Positions 10,646-20,819 of a stretch of 64,000 nucleotides of DNA are shown piece after piece. Position 1 is the first letter of the stretch. Each line of letters starts with the position of its first letter. The position numbers were made by a program, and so were the translations under genes. This DNA comes from a bacterium (GTDB lineage Bacteria > UBA8248), in the NCBI GenBank assembly GCA_965202625.1, contig CBDBBI010000010.1:1664001-1728000 (forward strand), in the 5' to 3' direction. Below the pieces are notes generated by a model. The model did not search any database. It was not told the DNA's origin and saw only the letters and a program-made list of their open reading frames with translations.

Positions 10646-10709
10646 GTTCACCGCATCGGCACCTCAAGAGCGCCGCGCGCCATCCTTGCCCATCCAAGTG
10701 GTGAGCCAG

Positions 10710-12074
10710 TCAGCGCCGAATGGTCTCAGGTATCACCCCGCGCGGGCTGAAGCGCATCACCAGAAGCAGTATCAACCCCATGAGGACGGGCCGCATATAC
10801 GCCGCCGAGGCGACCAGGTGCACGCGGACCGGATCGTCAAACGCCATGGCCGAGGTCGCCACGTTCACCAGCCACAAGCCGGCGGGTTCGGCCTCGATCC
10901 AGACGAACCAGATGAAAAAACCGCCAAGCACCGCACCCAGGTTGTTGCCGGATCCGCCGACGATCACCATCACCCAGATCAAGAAAGTGAATCGCAACGG
11001 ATTGTAGGCGACAGGCGTAAACTGCCCGTCGAGAGTGGTGAGCATGGCGCCGGCGATGCCGACGACCGCGGAGCCGAGGATGAACACCTGCCGGTGACGA
11101 TAGACAACGTCCTTCCCAAAGGCCTCGGCCGCCGCCTCGCTATCTCGAATCGCGCGCATCATCCGGCCCCAAGGCGAACGGAGCGCCCGCTCGCTGAGCA
11201 AGAAAACGATGAGGAGAACAGCAGCGAACAAACCGGTGTAACACAGCTTGACGAAAATGCCCGCCGCTCCGATGACGAGTCCGCGCAGCGCCGCAACGCG
11301 CTCGGCTTCGCCCAGAACCAAAAGCGCATCGGCATTCAGCCATGCCACGAAATCCTGAAACCAGACCGTTTTCTGCAAATCCAACTCGTAGGGCGTCGGG
11401 CGGTCGAGACCGGTGACGTTCTTCACTCCGCGGGCGAGCCAGTCCTCGTTTTGCAGCACCGCGATCACGATTTCGGAAATACCGAGCGTGGCGATGGCAA
11501 AATAATCCGAGCGCAGCCCCAGGGAGATCGGGCCTATCATATAAGCGGCCGCGGCCGCGAACAGACCGCCGACGGGCCAAGAAAGGAGGATGGGAAGACC
11601 GAGGCCCCCCAGATAGCCGCTGGTGGATGAATCCACGGCTTCGATTTGCTCGACGGCAGGGTCGAAGAAGACTTTCGTCGCGAAAAAGCCTATCACGAGT
11701 ACGCCGGCGACGAGGAAGGCGCGAAACCGGCCGGAAGGCAGCAGTCGAAGCACCACCCACGCGAGGCCGACCGTCACGGACGCCGCGATGAACGCGCGCA
11801 CAAGGTTCGCGCCACCGGCCGCTATAGCCGCCGTCACCGGCGGTTGCGAGATGAGCACGCTCGCCAGTCCGCCCAGAGCGGCGAAGGCCATGAGTCCCAC
11901 GTTAAAGAGGCCGGCATAACCCCACTGGATGTTGACGCCGAGCGTCATCAACGCCGAGATCAGACAGAGGTTGAGCACCCCCAGGCTCACAGACCAGGAC
12001 TGGCCGACACCGACGGCGAGCAACAACGCGGCCATGATCGTGAAGCCGCCGATAGTACGCGCCCTCTCACTCAC
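10710..12074 (-). CDS. livM: Branched-chain amino acid ABC transporter permease (LivM-like)
   Basis: NIQWGYAGLFNVG, LRSDYFAIATLG, SPWGRMMRAIRD; GTG start overlapping upstream stop. Confidence 0.88.
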   Translation of the reverse strand: MSERARTIGGFTIMAALLLAVGVGQSWSVSLGVLNLCLISALMTLGVNIQWGYAGLFNVGLMAFAALGGLASVLISQPPVTAAIAAGGANLVRAFIAASVTVGLAWVVLRLLPSGRFRAFLVAGVLVIGFFATKVFFDPAVEQIEAVDSSTSGYLGGLGLPILLSWPVGGLFAAAAAYMIGPISLGLRSDYFAIATLGISEIVIAVLQNEDWLARGVKNVTGLDRPTPYELDLQKTVWFQDFVAWLNADALLVLGEAERVAALRGLVIGAAGIFVKLCYTGLFAAVLLIVFLLSERALRSPWGRMMRAIRDSEAAAEAFGKDVVYRHRQVFILGSAVVGIAGAMLTTLDGQFTPVAYNPLRFTFLIWVMVIVGGSGNNLGAVLGGFFIWFVWIEAEPAGLWLVNVATSAMAFDDPVRVHLVASAAYMRPVLMGLILLLVMRFSPRGVIPETIRR

Positions 12075-13087
12075 AGGACCCGGCCCCGGAAAAGACCGGT
12101 GGGCCGCCAAAGAAGGGCCACCACCAGGATGATGAACGAAACCGCAAATTTGTAGTCGGTCGACAGAAGTTGCGCCAGACTGTCCGGATGCCAGACCTCG
12201 GGCAGCAGATAGCGCAAGAACTTTTTATAGGCGTATGTGATCACGACTTCGGAGAAGGCCACGAGAAAGCTTCCCGCAATCGCTCCCAAGGGATGACCGA
12301 TCCCTCCGACGATGGCGGCGGCGAACATCGGGAGCAGGAGTTGCATATAGGTGAACGGCTGGAAACTCTTGTCGAGGCCATAGAGCGTGCCGGCGATGGT
12401 CGCAAGCGTCGCGGTGATGGCCCAGGTGACGAACACTACCCGATCCGGATCGACGCCCGAGAGCAGCGCCAAGTCCTCATTGTCGGAATAGGCCCGCATC
12501 GATTTGCCAATGCGCGTTCGCTGCAGGCACCAGAACAGTCCCGCCACCGCGATAACGGCGACGACGACGGTCAGAACCTGCGAGAAACGGATGGCGAGTC
12601 CCTCGTCAAGGCCGGTTGCGCGCTTGAACTCGCCCGCGGTGATCAGGTATCTCGCGCCGTCGGCGAAAGTCCTGTCGTCGGGACCAATGATGAAGCGGAC
12701 CGCTCCGTGCATCACGAACATCACTCCAACCGAAACGATGCTCAACACTATCGGCGCGCTCCGCCTGATTCGATAGAAGCGAAACACCGCCCGATCGACG
12801 GCGAAACTGAAGGCAATCGCCACCAGCACGCCAAACGGCAAGGCGAGCAACGCCGTCGGCAACGGGCCAAGACCGACGCCCCAAGCCTGTAGCCGCCACG
12901 TCGCCAGAATTACCACGGCCGTCCCCAAGGCCATGAAATCACCGTGAGAAAAATTGGCAAATCGCAAAATACCGAACACCAAGGTGATGCCAAGAGCGCC
13001 CAGAGCGAGTTGCGAGGCATAGGCGATGGCCGGCACGAAAACGAAGTTGGACAACAGGACGACGGCATTCGCAATATCGGTGAACAC
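12071..13087 (-). CDS. livH: Branched-chain amino acid ABC transporter permease (LivH-like)
   Basis: GITLVFGILRFANFSHG, TRIGKSMRA, AAIVGGIG, RPTGLF. Confidence 0.9.
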   Translation of the reverse strand: MFTDIANAVVLLSNFVFVPAIAYASQLALGALGITLVFGILRFANFSHGDFMALGTAVVILATWRLQAWGVGLGPLPTALLALPFGVLVAIAFSFAVDRAVFRFYRIRRSAPIVLSIVSVGVMFVMHGAVRFIIGPDDRTFADGARYLITAGEFKRATGLDEGLAIRFSQVLTVVVAVIAVAGLFWCLQRTRIGKSMRAYSDNEDLALLSGVDPDRVVFVTWAITATLATIAGTLYGLDKSFQPFTYMQLLLPMFAAAIVGGIGHPLGAIAGSFLVAFSEVVITYAYKKFLRYLLPEVWHPDSLAQLLSTDYKFAVSFIILVVALLWRPTGLFRGRVL

Positions 13088-13093
13088 CGCTGA

Positions 13094-13798
13094 TCATCTC
13101 CCGAGGAACGAGCGTCGCACTTCGGGATTGGCAAGCAGAGCCTGCCCGGTATCGGTGAACCTGTTTCTTCCTGTCACCAAGACGAAACCACGATCGGCGA
13201 TGCCCAACGCCTGCCGGGCATTCTGCTCGACCATCAGTATGGCGATGCCGGCTCCCCGGATATCAAGAATGCGATCGAACAGCTCATCCATGACGATTGG
13301 CGATACGCCGGCGGTCGGCTCGTCGAGCATCAGCACGTCCGGCTGGCTCATCAGCGCGCGCGCGATAGCGACTTGCTGACGCTGGCCGCCGGAGAGTTCA
13401 CCGACCGGCTGGTAGCGCTTCTCCTTCAACACGGGAAACAACTCGAAAATTTGCTCCATGCTTCCCGAGATGTCATCCCGTCGCAGCAAGGCACCCATCT
13501 CCAAGTTTTCCTGGACGGTCATGGTTACGAACACGTTGCCCGTCTGCGGGACGAAAGCCATTCCCCGCTTCACCCTATCCTGCGGCTTGAGAGAGGTAAT
13601 GTCGCGCCCACCCAAACGCACCTCGCCCCCCCGCAACCCCAACATACCAAACAACGCCTTCATGGCTGTCGATTTTCCCGCCCCGTTCGGGCCCACGATG
13701 ACCGCGATCTCCCCCTTGTCAACGGCGATGGCGCATCCGCGCAATATGTCCGCGGCACCGTAGCCGCCGTACATATTCTCGCCGGTCAGATAGCTCAT
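13094..13798 (-). CDS. livF: ABC transporter ATP-binding protein (LivF-like)
   Basis: GPNGAGKST, LSGGQRQ, LDEPT, VEQNA. Confidence 0.92.
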   Translation of the reverse strand: MSYLTGENMYGGYGAADILRGCAIAVDKGEIAVIVGPNGAGKSTAMKALFGMLGLRGGEVRLGGRDITSLKPQDRVKRGMAFVPQTGNVFVTMTVQENLEMGALLRRDDISGSMEQIFELFPVLKEKRYQPVGELSGGQRQQVAIARALMSQPDVLMLDEPTAGVSPIVMDELFDRILDIRGAGIAILMVEQNARQALGIADRGFVLVTGRNRFTDTGQALLANPEVRRSFLGR

Positions 13799-14586
13799 GC
13801 GGAATCGACCGATGGGCCCGATCTGTTCCTGAGCCCAGTGCCGAGATAGGCCTCAATGACGCGCTCGTCAGCCCTGATGTCCGGGGCCGGGGCCTGGGTG
13901 AGAACCGTCCCCTCGGCCATGACGATCACCGGATCGCAGAGCAGAGAGACGAAATCCATGTTGTGCTCTATCATGCAGAATGTGTAGCCGCGCTCTAGGT
14001 TAAGTCTCAGGATGGCGCCAGCGATGGATCGGAGCAGTGTCTGGTTCACGCCGGCCCCTATCTCATCAAGCAGGACGACCTCGGCGTCCGTCATCATCAC
14101 GCGCGCGAGTTCGACGAGTTTCTTCTGGCCCCCCGACAGGTTGCCGGCCGGCTCCCCAGCGACCGTCTGAAGGCGCAGGAACTCGATCACCTCCTCGGCA
14201 TTGCGGCGGATCGCCTCCTCTTCAGCGCGAACGCGCTTTGGCCGCAACCAGGCGCCAAGCAGGCTTTCGCCCGTCTGATCGACGGCAACCGCCATCAGGT
14301 TCTCCAAGACGGTCAAGGTGGCAAACTCATGCGCGATTTGGAAGGTGCGTCGTAAGCCTTTATGGAAAAGTTGGTGGGGCCGAAGCCCGGTAACGTCTTC
14401 ACCTCCAAGATAGATGCGCCCGGAAGTCGGCGGATAGACGCCGGCAATCATATTGAACAAGGTGGTTTTGCCCGCGCCGTTGGGCCCGACCAAACCCGTT
14501 ATGGCGCCTTTTTCAATCTCCAGATTCACGCCATTGACGGCTCTGACTCCGCCGAAATGTTTGTGCACGTCGACCACGCGAATCAT
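13795..14586 (-). CDS. livG: ABC transporter ATP-binding protein (LivG-like)
   Basis: GPNGAGKTT, RTFQ, LSGGQKK, LLDE, IEHNM, VIEAYLG; start set at MIRVVDV. Confidence 0.9.
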   Translation of the reverse strand: MIRVVDVHKHFGGVRAVNGVNLEIEKGAITGLVGPNGAGKTTLFNMIAGVYPPTSGRIYLGGEDVTGLRPHQLFHKGLRRTFQIAHEFATLTVLENLMAVAVDQTGESLLGAWLRPKRVRAEEEAIRRNAEEVIEFLRLQTVAGEPAGNLSGGQKKLVELARVMMTDAEVVLLDEIGAGVNQTLLRSIAGAILRLNLERGYTFCMIEHNMDFVSLLCDPVIVMAEGTVLTQAPAPDIRADERVIEAYLGTGLRNRSGPSVDSA

Positions 14587-14635
14587 TTCGCCCTCGTCAT
14601 AGGGACTTGCGAGGCGTCTTCGGCGCAAAAACGAC

Positions 14636-14668
14636 GGAACGGCCCGATGCGCCTCATCGGGCCGTTCC
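14636..14668. terminator. Perfect 14-bp stem-loop between substrate-binding and ATPase genes (terminator or mRNA-stabilising hairpin)
   Basis: GGAACGGCCCGATG-CGCCT-CATCGGGCCGTTCC; TTTT follows on +, TTTTT 4 nt after on -. Confidence 0.7.
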
Positions 14669-14694
14669 TTTTCCCTGTTCGCTACGGCACTGCG

Positions 14695-15891
14695 CTAGTG
14701 CACCCTGACGACGGTGAACTCGCCGTCCTTTACCTCATACTCCTTGTAGGTGCCGGCGGTGTCTCCGACGCCGTTCAGTTCGACGTTCGTCGCGCCCTCG
14801 AAGTTCACCGCCTTGCCGGCAGAGAGGAGTTTCAGTGCCTTTCCCAACTCGCCCGGTCCGATCTTCTCGCCCGGAGCGTTGGCGACAGCCATAATCTTCG
14901 ACTGAATCGCCGCCCGATCCATTGAACCCGCCGCTTGAGCGGCGAGGATGATCAACGCCGCCGCGTCATACGCCTCGCCTATGAACGGAGCTCTGCCCTT
15001 GATTCCGGCCTCCTTGGCGAGAGCGACGAACTTCTTGGCGTTGGGGGAATCCGAACCCGGCGCGGTGGCCACGGAACCGTTCAGCGGCTTGCCAATGGCC
15101 TTGATTAGCGAATCCCCGACCATGCCGTCCGCCATGAGGAAATTGTCGAACGCTCCCGCATCAAGGGATGCCTGGATGACGCCCTTCCCGCCTTTGTCGA
15201 TATAGCCAAACACTGCCAGATGCTTGGCTCCCGAAGCAGCCAGTGCTCCCACCTCCGCAGAATAGTCCCCCTTGCCGTCCTGGTGCGCCGCGGAAATCTC
15301 GACCTTACCGCCAACGGCCTTGAACGCGCGGGAGAAAGACTCCGCCAGTCCCTTGCCGTAGTCATTGTTGGTGTAGGTGATGGCGATACTCTTGATGCCG
15401 CGCGCTTTGGCGACCTGGGCCAGTACCTCGCCCTGCCGGGTGTCGGAAGGTGCCGTGCGGAAGAAGTAACCCTTGTCCTTGATCGTCGAAAGCGCCGGCG
15501 TGGTTGCGGACGGGGAGACCATGACCACGCCGTTTGGCACCGCCACGTTATTGGTGACGGCGATGGTCACGCCCGAGCAGTCCGCGCCCATGATGGCGGC
15601 AACGCCATCTGACGTGATGAGGCGCTCAGCCGTCGCGGTCGCCGCGGCGGCGTCCGTGCAAGTGGAGTCGCCACGCACCGGAACGACCTTCTTGCCGCCG
15701 AGGAACATTCCGGGGGATTCGGATACCTCCTTCATGGCGAGCTCAGCTCCAGACGCCATGCCCGGCGTCAGAGATTCGATCGGCCCGGTAAAACCCAGCA
15801 GGACGCCGATCTTCATATCTTTTCCCGTCGCCGCGTGGACAGTCGACACCGTCATGGCGAGCGTGGCAAAAACTACCAAAATTTTCCGCAT
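14695..15891 (-). CDS. ABC transporter substrate-binding protein (Liv/Peripla_BP_6)
   Basis: Signal peptide MRKILVVF...VHA, GADCSGVT, SPSATTPAL, FFRTAPSD, NNDYGKGL. Confidence 0.9.
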   Translation of the reverse strand: MRKILVVFATLAMTVSTVHAATGKDMKIGVLLGFTGPIESLTPGMASGAELAMKEVSESPGMFLGGKKVVPVRGDSTCTDAAAATATAERLITSDGVAAIMGADCSGVTIAVTNNVAVPNGVVMVSPSATTPALSTIKDKGYFFRTAPSDTRQGEVLAQVAKARGIKSIAITYTNNDYGKGLAESFSRAFKAVGGKVEISAAHQDGKGDYSAEVGALAASGAKHLAVFGYIDKGGKGVIQASLDAGAFDNFLMADGMVGDSLIKAIGKPLNGSVATAPGSDSPNAKKFVALAKEAGIKGRAPFIGEAYDAAALIILAAQAAGSMDRAAIQSKIMAVANAPGEKIGPGELGKALKLLSAGKAVNFEGATNVELNGVGDTAGTYKEYEVKDGEFTVVRVH

Positions 15892-16129
15892 CAGATATTC
15901 TCCCTCAAGCGTGAACATTTATTTTGTCCATATTCGATGCACATGCGCAACAATAGCATCTCCCAGTTTCCGAGCAGATTTAAATATATGAATTCCGATT
16001 TATTGTCAAACTTTCTGGCACTTTCGGCAAAAATTTCCGCCCCAAGGGCGGCAATCAACACTATTCTTGAGAGGAGTGAAACCCTAAAAAACTCCCATAC
16101 CACGATGATGTAGCGATGCTGTGAAAAAA

Positions 16130-16921
16130 TCACACGATGCTCAAACCACCGTCAAGCGCCAGAACCTGGCCCGTCATGTAAGAGGATCGGGACGTGGCCA
16201 AATACAGAATCGCGTCCAAGATTTCATCGACCCTCCCAAACCTTCCCATAGGAGACTTTCGGTAGCGCTCCGCCAGATTACCGGGGCCGCCATCTCCTCG
16301 GGCTTCTCTCAGCTTCGTTAGAACCGGGCCCGCCGCTATGGCGTTGACTCGAACGCCCGCATCCGCCAATTCGACCGCCAACGCGCGCGTAAGCGCCTCG
16401 ACGCCGCCTTTCACAGCGACGTACACTACGCGCTCCCTGGCCGGCGTACGCACGTAGAAGCTCGACATGTTGACGATGGCCCCACCGCCGCGCTTTCCCA
16501 TCTCCTCCGCCGCGCGCCGTGCGCACAGGATGTTGCCCTTAAGCCCCACGGCCAACGCCGCGTCAATCGTGCGCTCCTCGACATCCGCCAGAGGGCCGTT
16601 CCCTCGAATCACGGCGCAGTTGATCAAAACGTCCACGCCGCCGAATTTCCCGACCGCCGCGTCAAAAGCACCCTCAACCCCTGACACGTTCGAGACGTCC
16701 GCCCACACCCCGAGGATGGCACCGTTCGCTCCCCTTTCAAGTCGCCGCAGTCCATTCTCTTCGATGTCCACGGCCGCCACGTTCGCGCCCATTCCCGCGA
16801 ATCGCCGCGCGGCTTCCGCGCCGATTCCCTGGGCCGCGCCCGTGATCACGACGACCTTCCCTCTCAGTTCCATATCGGCTTCCTCACCATCCCCCACAAG
16901 AGGAGAGACGCCCTCACTCAC
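16130..16921 (-). CDS. SDR family oxidoreductase
   Basis: TGAAQGIG, YVAVK, VRVNAI, YMTGQVLALDGG; start may be ATG 16873. Confidence 0.88.
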   Translation of the reverse strand: MSEGVSPLVGDGEEADMELRGKVVVITGAAQGIGAEAARRFAGMGANVAAVDIEENGLRRLERGANGAILGVWADVSNVSGVEGAFDAAVGKFGGVDVLINCAVIRGNGPLADVEERTIDAALAVGLKGNILCARRAAEEMGKRGGGAIVNMSSFYVRTPARERVVYVAVKGGVEALTRALAVELADAGVRVNAIAAGPVLTKLREARGDGGPGNLAERYRKSPMGRFGRVDEILDAILYLATSRSSYMTGQVLALDGGLSIV

Positions 16922-17908
16922 AGCGAGACCACCCCCCTGCCCCGCAAAATTTCGATCCGCGTCCCCAGGTTCTCTGAGAGCGTCTTGAGAGTGGCCAAGA
17001 TTTCAACCGCTTTCGGCTCTCCCTCGGCGAGGATTCGGGGCCCGCCGTCCTCCTCGATCAACACGGGCGCGAACGACGCTCGGCGGAGCGTTCCTCCGCG
17101 AAGGTTTATCTTCAGGCAAATCGACTCGCGAGCGGTGGGCATGAACATCGGATGGTCATGATCGAGAACAAAGTTGCCCAAGGCGTAAAAAAGCGGGCCG
17201 GTCTTGATACACCTCGATCCCTTGCAGAATGTGGGGATGATGACCGACGACGACGTCCACCCCCGCCTCGACGGCCGCGTGGGCGACGGCGCGTTGGGAA
17301 AGCGTGAGCGTTCGGCTTTGGCTCACTCCCCAGTGGAACGACGCCAGAAGAAAATCGACGCTCAGCCGCGCACGTTCAACGTCGGCGACCATCGCCTCCA
17401 CGTCCTCCTCGTTCACGTAAGGAGGACCATAGAGAGCGTCCTGTCGGATGGGGGCGACGCCCGGCTTCTCAGGACCCGCCCCCCAGCCCAGCGGTAGCTC
17501 GAGCACATAGGACAAAAAACCATATCGTACGCTCCCGCGCTCAATGACTGCGGGCGCGCGCGCCTCGTGAATGTTTCTGCCCGCGCCTGAGTACGCGATC
17601 CCGCTGCGCTCAAGCAACTCCATCGTTTCGACGAAAGGCGCGACTCCGTAGTCCATTCAATGGTTGCTGGCGAACGCCAATGCGTCGAAGCCTCCCGCGA
17701 GATAGCCTCGAATCATGTCCGGGCGATGACGCATCACGATCTTCGCGCTCAACGCCTCTCCGAGATGGGACATCGACGCCTCTAGTCCGCCAAAGCGTAG
17801 GTCAGCCTCCCCCAGAAAAGAAGCGACCTTTGAAAAGGTATTCTGCGGGTCAGGGCGATCGATCTCCATGTCACCCACCACGACGAGCGTGGACTCGCCA
17901 TCCGCCAA
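16918..17908 (-). pseudogene. CapA-family (PGA_cap) metallophosphoesterase with in-frame TGA (17659-17657; possible Sec) and a +1 frameshift in a T6 run (17187-17192)
   Basis: Joined frames give VGDM, GLE, ASNH*MDYG, SFHWG, VVGHHPHILQGIEVY, and, after removing one T, FYALGNF; about 329 aa reconstructed. Confidence 0.85.
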
Positions 17909-18047
17909 ATCGCGCGCCTCGCTCCGCAATCGCCACTCCCATTCACAAAATATCGCGCGTCTCGCCACTCACCATCCAGAACGGACACCGTCGGCCGCGC
18001 GCCAAAACCCCAAAATCATCACATGAAAACCGTACGCGAGAGAGTCT

Positions 18048-18959
18048 CTATTTTTTCCTCTCCCGATCCAGATACGACAGATAAACCGCTGCGCTATCCA
18101 GCTCTCCATACCCCGCACGCGCCCCCTCCCTGAATATCGGTGCGCACGCACGGCCAACAGGCGTCACGGCCCCTTTTCTCCTCGCCTGCAAAAGGCCAAG
18201 CCCGATGTCCTTGAGAATGACGTTCAAGGTACTCAAGGGTCGGCGATACCGCCCGCGCAACATTTTTCCTCCATGGGTGTGGAGCATCCTCCATTCACCC
18301 GCGCGGCTCCTGGCGAGCGCGTCGAACAAGAAGCCTTTCGCGAATCCGCTGCGCACCCCCAGCCTGAGGGTCTCGGCGATGACGCAACGCCCCATGGAGG
18401 TCAGATAGTTCACGACCACCTTCATGGCGGCTCCGGAACCTGATGGCCCGCAATATATCTGATCGGAGAGCATCGTCTCCAAAAGCGGCACCACCTCGTC
18501 GTAGGCCCTCCTCTCCCCGCCGACGAGAAACAAGCCCTCTCGCTCAGCCACGTAGCCGCTGTTGCCGCTCACGCACGCATCCAGATATGAAATTCCCTTT
18601 CCGAGACACAGCGCGGCGTGTTTTTTCGAGTCCTCCGGATCCGCCGTCGTCGTGTCGAGCACCACCTCGGGCACCAACTCAGGAGAACAGGCGAGATAAC
18701 CATTCCTCCCGCGCGCGATCTGCAAAGAGGTTTTCGAGTCGGGAACAGAGATGAACACGACGTCGGCGGCTTCCGCAACGGCGCGGGGCGTCTCAAGCAC
18801 ACCTCCTCCCAAACGCCTGAATTTTCGCATCGCCGCCGCTCGCGCGTCGGTTCCCACGAGACGACGTCCATCGGCGATGAGATTCTTGGAAAACGCCTGG
18901 CCCATGAGGCCCAAGCCGATGAAGCCGATGATTTTTTTCCCACTCTTTTTTGTGGACAT
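18048..18959 (-). CDS. NAD(P)-dependent oxidoreductase, 3-hydroxyisobutyrate dehydrogenase family
   Basis: GFIGLGLMG, YLDACVSG, GSGAAMKVVVN; paralog of 9474-10379. Confidence 0.88.
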   Translation of the reverse strand: MSTKKSGKKIIGFIGLGLMGQAFSKNLIADGRRLVGTDARAAAMRKFRRLGGGVLETPRAVAEAADVVFISVPDSKTSLQIARGRNGYLACSPELVPEVVLDTTTADPEDSKKHAALCLGKGISYLDACVSGNSGYVAEREGLFLVGGERRAYDEVVPLLETMLSDQIYCGPSGSGAAMKVVVNYLTSMGRCVIAETLRLGVRSGFAKGFLFDALARSRAGEWRMLHTHGGKMLRGRYRRPLSTLNVILKDIGLGLLQARRKGAVTPVGRACAPIFREGARAGYGELDSAAVYLSYLDRERKK

Positions 18960-19012
18960 CTTTCATCTCTCCTTCAACTGGGAATGAGAAAGCACGAAGG
19001 AGAGAACGGGGT

Positions 19013-19756
19013 CTACTCGCTTACGAGCTCCACGCTGTATTTATGCTGGTCTCCGCGATAATAGATCTGGGAGAACTCGACGGGATCGCCGCTCTTGCTG
19101 TGGACGAAGGTTTCCACGTACAAAACTGGCTCTAGGACGCCGATGGAGAGATGGCGCGCAACGTCACTCTCCGCGACCCGCGCCTCAAACGTCTGGTGAA
19201 TCTTGCCAAGGGGAACGCGCAGTCGATTTTTGATGATGTGAATCATACTGTGCACGCGAGCGTCTTCGCGCGTGATGTTTTCGGCGAGCATTTTGGGCAA
19301 ATAGTTCATCACGTAGCAAAAGGGCGTTTTCTCGGTCATCCTCAGACGCCGGATTCTCGTTAACGTTCCTCCGTTTTCCATGCGAAAGAATTTCTCCATG
19401 CGCGGAGACGCTTCCACGTCCTCGATCGATATGATACGTCTCGCCTCGCCGCCGGCGTCCTCCTCCCAGATGGTGCCGGTGAGGTGAATCGTTTTCGGCC
19501 GCACACCCGCGCCATTCACAAACGTACCCTTGCGGCGCGCCCGCGTCACGAGTCCTTCCTTCTCCAAAATGGAAAGTGCTTGCCGAAGGGTGACCCGGCT
19601 GACGCCGAAATGCTTGGAGAGGTCCAGCTCCCGGGGCAGTTTCATCCCCGGAATCAATTCCCCATGTTCGATTTTCCAACGTAAAAGACTGGCGATTTGG
19701 TAATAATAGGGGATGAATTCATTCGAAAACGGTTTTTCTGCAGTCAACTCCCGCAT
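19013..19756 (-). CDS. GntR family (HutC/UTRA) transcriptional regulator
   Basis: PYYYQI...LPRELDLSKHFGVSRVTLRQAL...KGTFV wHTH; UTRA C-terminus (YYRGDQHKY). Confidence 0.92.
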   Translation of the reverse strand: MRELTAEKPFSNEFIPYYYQIASLLRWKIEHGELIPGMKLPRELDLSKHFGVSRVTLRQALSILEKEGLVTRARRKGTFVNGAGVRPKTIHLTGTIWEEDAGGEARRIISIEDVEASPRMEKFFRMENGGTLTRIRRLRMTEKTPFCYVMNYLPKMLAENITREDARVHSMIHIIKNRLRVPLGKIHQTFEARVAESDVARHLSIGVLEPVLYVETFVHSKSGDPVEFSQIYYRGDQHKYSVELVSE

Positions 19757-19887
19757 TGCTCTCTCACCTTCAAAAAACGAACGTCAACGAAACTTCGACC
19801 TCAAGCGAGGCCCCTTCAAGTCTGCCGCATAGAAACTTCCCTGAAGATGCTCCCCATGTCCCCAAAACGCAAAAAGGAAAAGAGAAC

Positions 19888-19918
19888 TTGCGATTGTTAA
19901 TGGTATTATCTATAATAC
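19888..19918 (+). promoter_or_regulatory. Sigma70-type promoter overlapped by palindromic operator (probable GntR site)
   Basis: TTGCGA-17 nt-TATAAT (19888-19916); inverted repeat GTATTAT-CT-ATAATAC (19903-19918) between divergent gntR and the operon. Confidence 0.7.
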
Positions 19919-20034
19919 TATTATATTAAACGTCAACTGCCTATTCTCCGTTTCCATTGATGCGCAGAGGGAGTTGTTTTCAGTGATTCAGGGAACGATG
20001 AGGCCCTTTCTTTCGCTTTGAGGCGGGTTTTTGA

Positions 20035-20787
20035 ATGAAACTAAAAGGGCGCGTCGCACTCGTTACCGGCGCAACACGCGGAATCGGCAAAGCCATCGCC
20101 TCCGCGTTGGCGCACACTGGCGCTTCGGTCGCCGTGCACTACCATATGGATGGGGCGGCGGCACAAGACGTAGTGAGAAACATTCGAGCAGAAGGCGGCA
20201 GGGCGTTCAGAGTCCGTGCCGACGTGAGCCGGCGCGAAGAGGTGGAGAACATGCGCGAAGAATGCGAGCGGGAGACGGGAGGCGTCGATATTCTCGTCAA
20301 CAACGCGCGGCGACTGGTGAGGGGCAGGGGTTTTATGGAGATGAGTTGGGAGGAGGATTACGACCCCCAAATACAGGTAATGCTCAAAGGCGCTTTCCAT
20401 TGCTGCCAGGCAGTGTTGCCAGGCATGCGCGACAGAGGCTGGGGTCGCATCGTCAACGTCCTCTCCACCGTCCTTGGCGAGAGGCGGGCGCACACGAATT
20501 CCTATGGCGCGGTCAAGTCGGCCCTCATGTACTTCTCGCAAAACCTTGCCGTCGAAATGGGACCCTACGGAATCACGGTCAACATGGTTTCGCCGGGCCT
20601 CACCGAAACGGAGCGGCCCATCCTCCATGCGGAAGATTATCAAAGAAAATACGTTGCCGACGTTCCGATGAGGCGCCTAGCGCGCCCAGAGGACGTCAGC
20701 GGCGCCGCGGTGTTCTTTTGCAGCGATGAGGCTGCCTATGTGACGGGGGTCAACATGGCTGTCTCGGGCGGAAAGGTGATCTTTTAA
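20035..20787 (+). CDS. SDR family oxidoreductase (FabG-like)
   Basis: TGATRGIG, VNNA, YGAVK, ITVNMVSPG. Confidence 0.9.
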   Translation: MKLKGRVALVTGATRGIGKAIASALAHTGASVAVHYHMDGAAAQDVVRNIRAEGGRAFRVRADVSRREEVENMREECERETGGVDILVNNARRLVRGRGFMEMSWEEDYDPQIQVMLKGAFHCCQAVLPGMRDRGWGRIVNVLSTVLGERRAHTNSYGAVKSALMYFSQNLAVEMGPYGITVNMVSPGLTETERPILHAEDYQRKYVADVPMRRLARPEDVSGAAVFFCSDEAAYVTGVNMAVSGGKVIF

Positions 20788-20819
20788 CGACGCGAGAGCA
20801 GATCAGGAGGACGCGAAAA

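Noticed and set aside
17186-17192. Programmed -1 frameshift at T TTT TTA in the capA-like gene
   Set aside because: Restoring FYALGNF needs +1 (or -2), not -1; mutation or assembly error is more likely.
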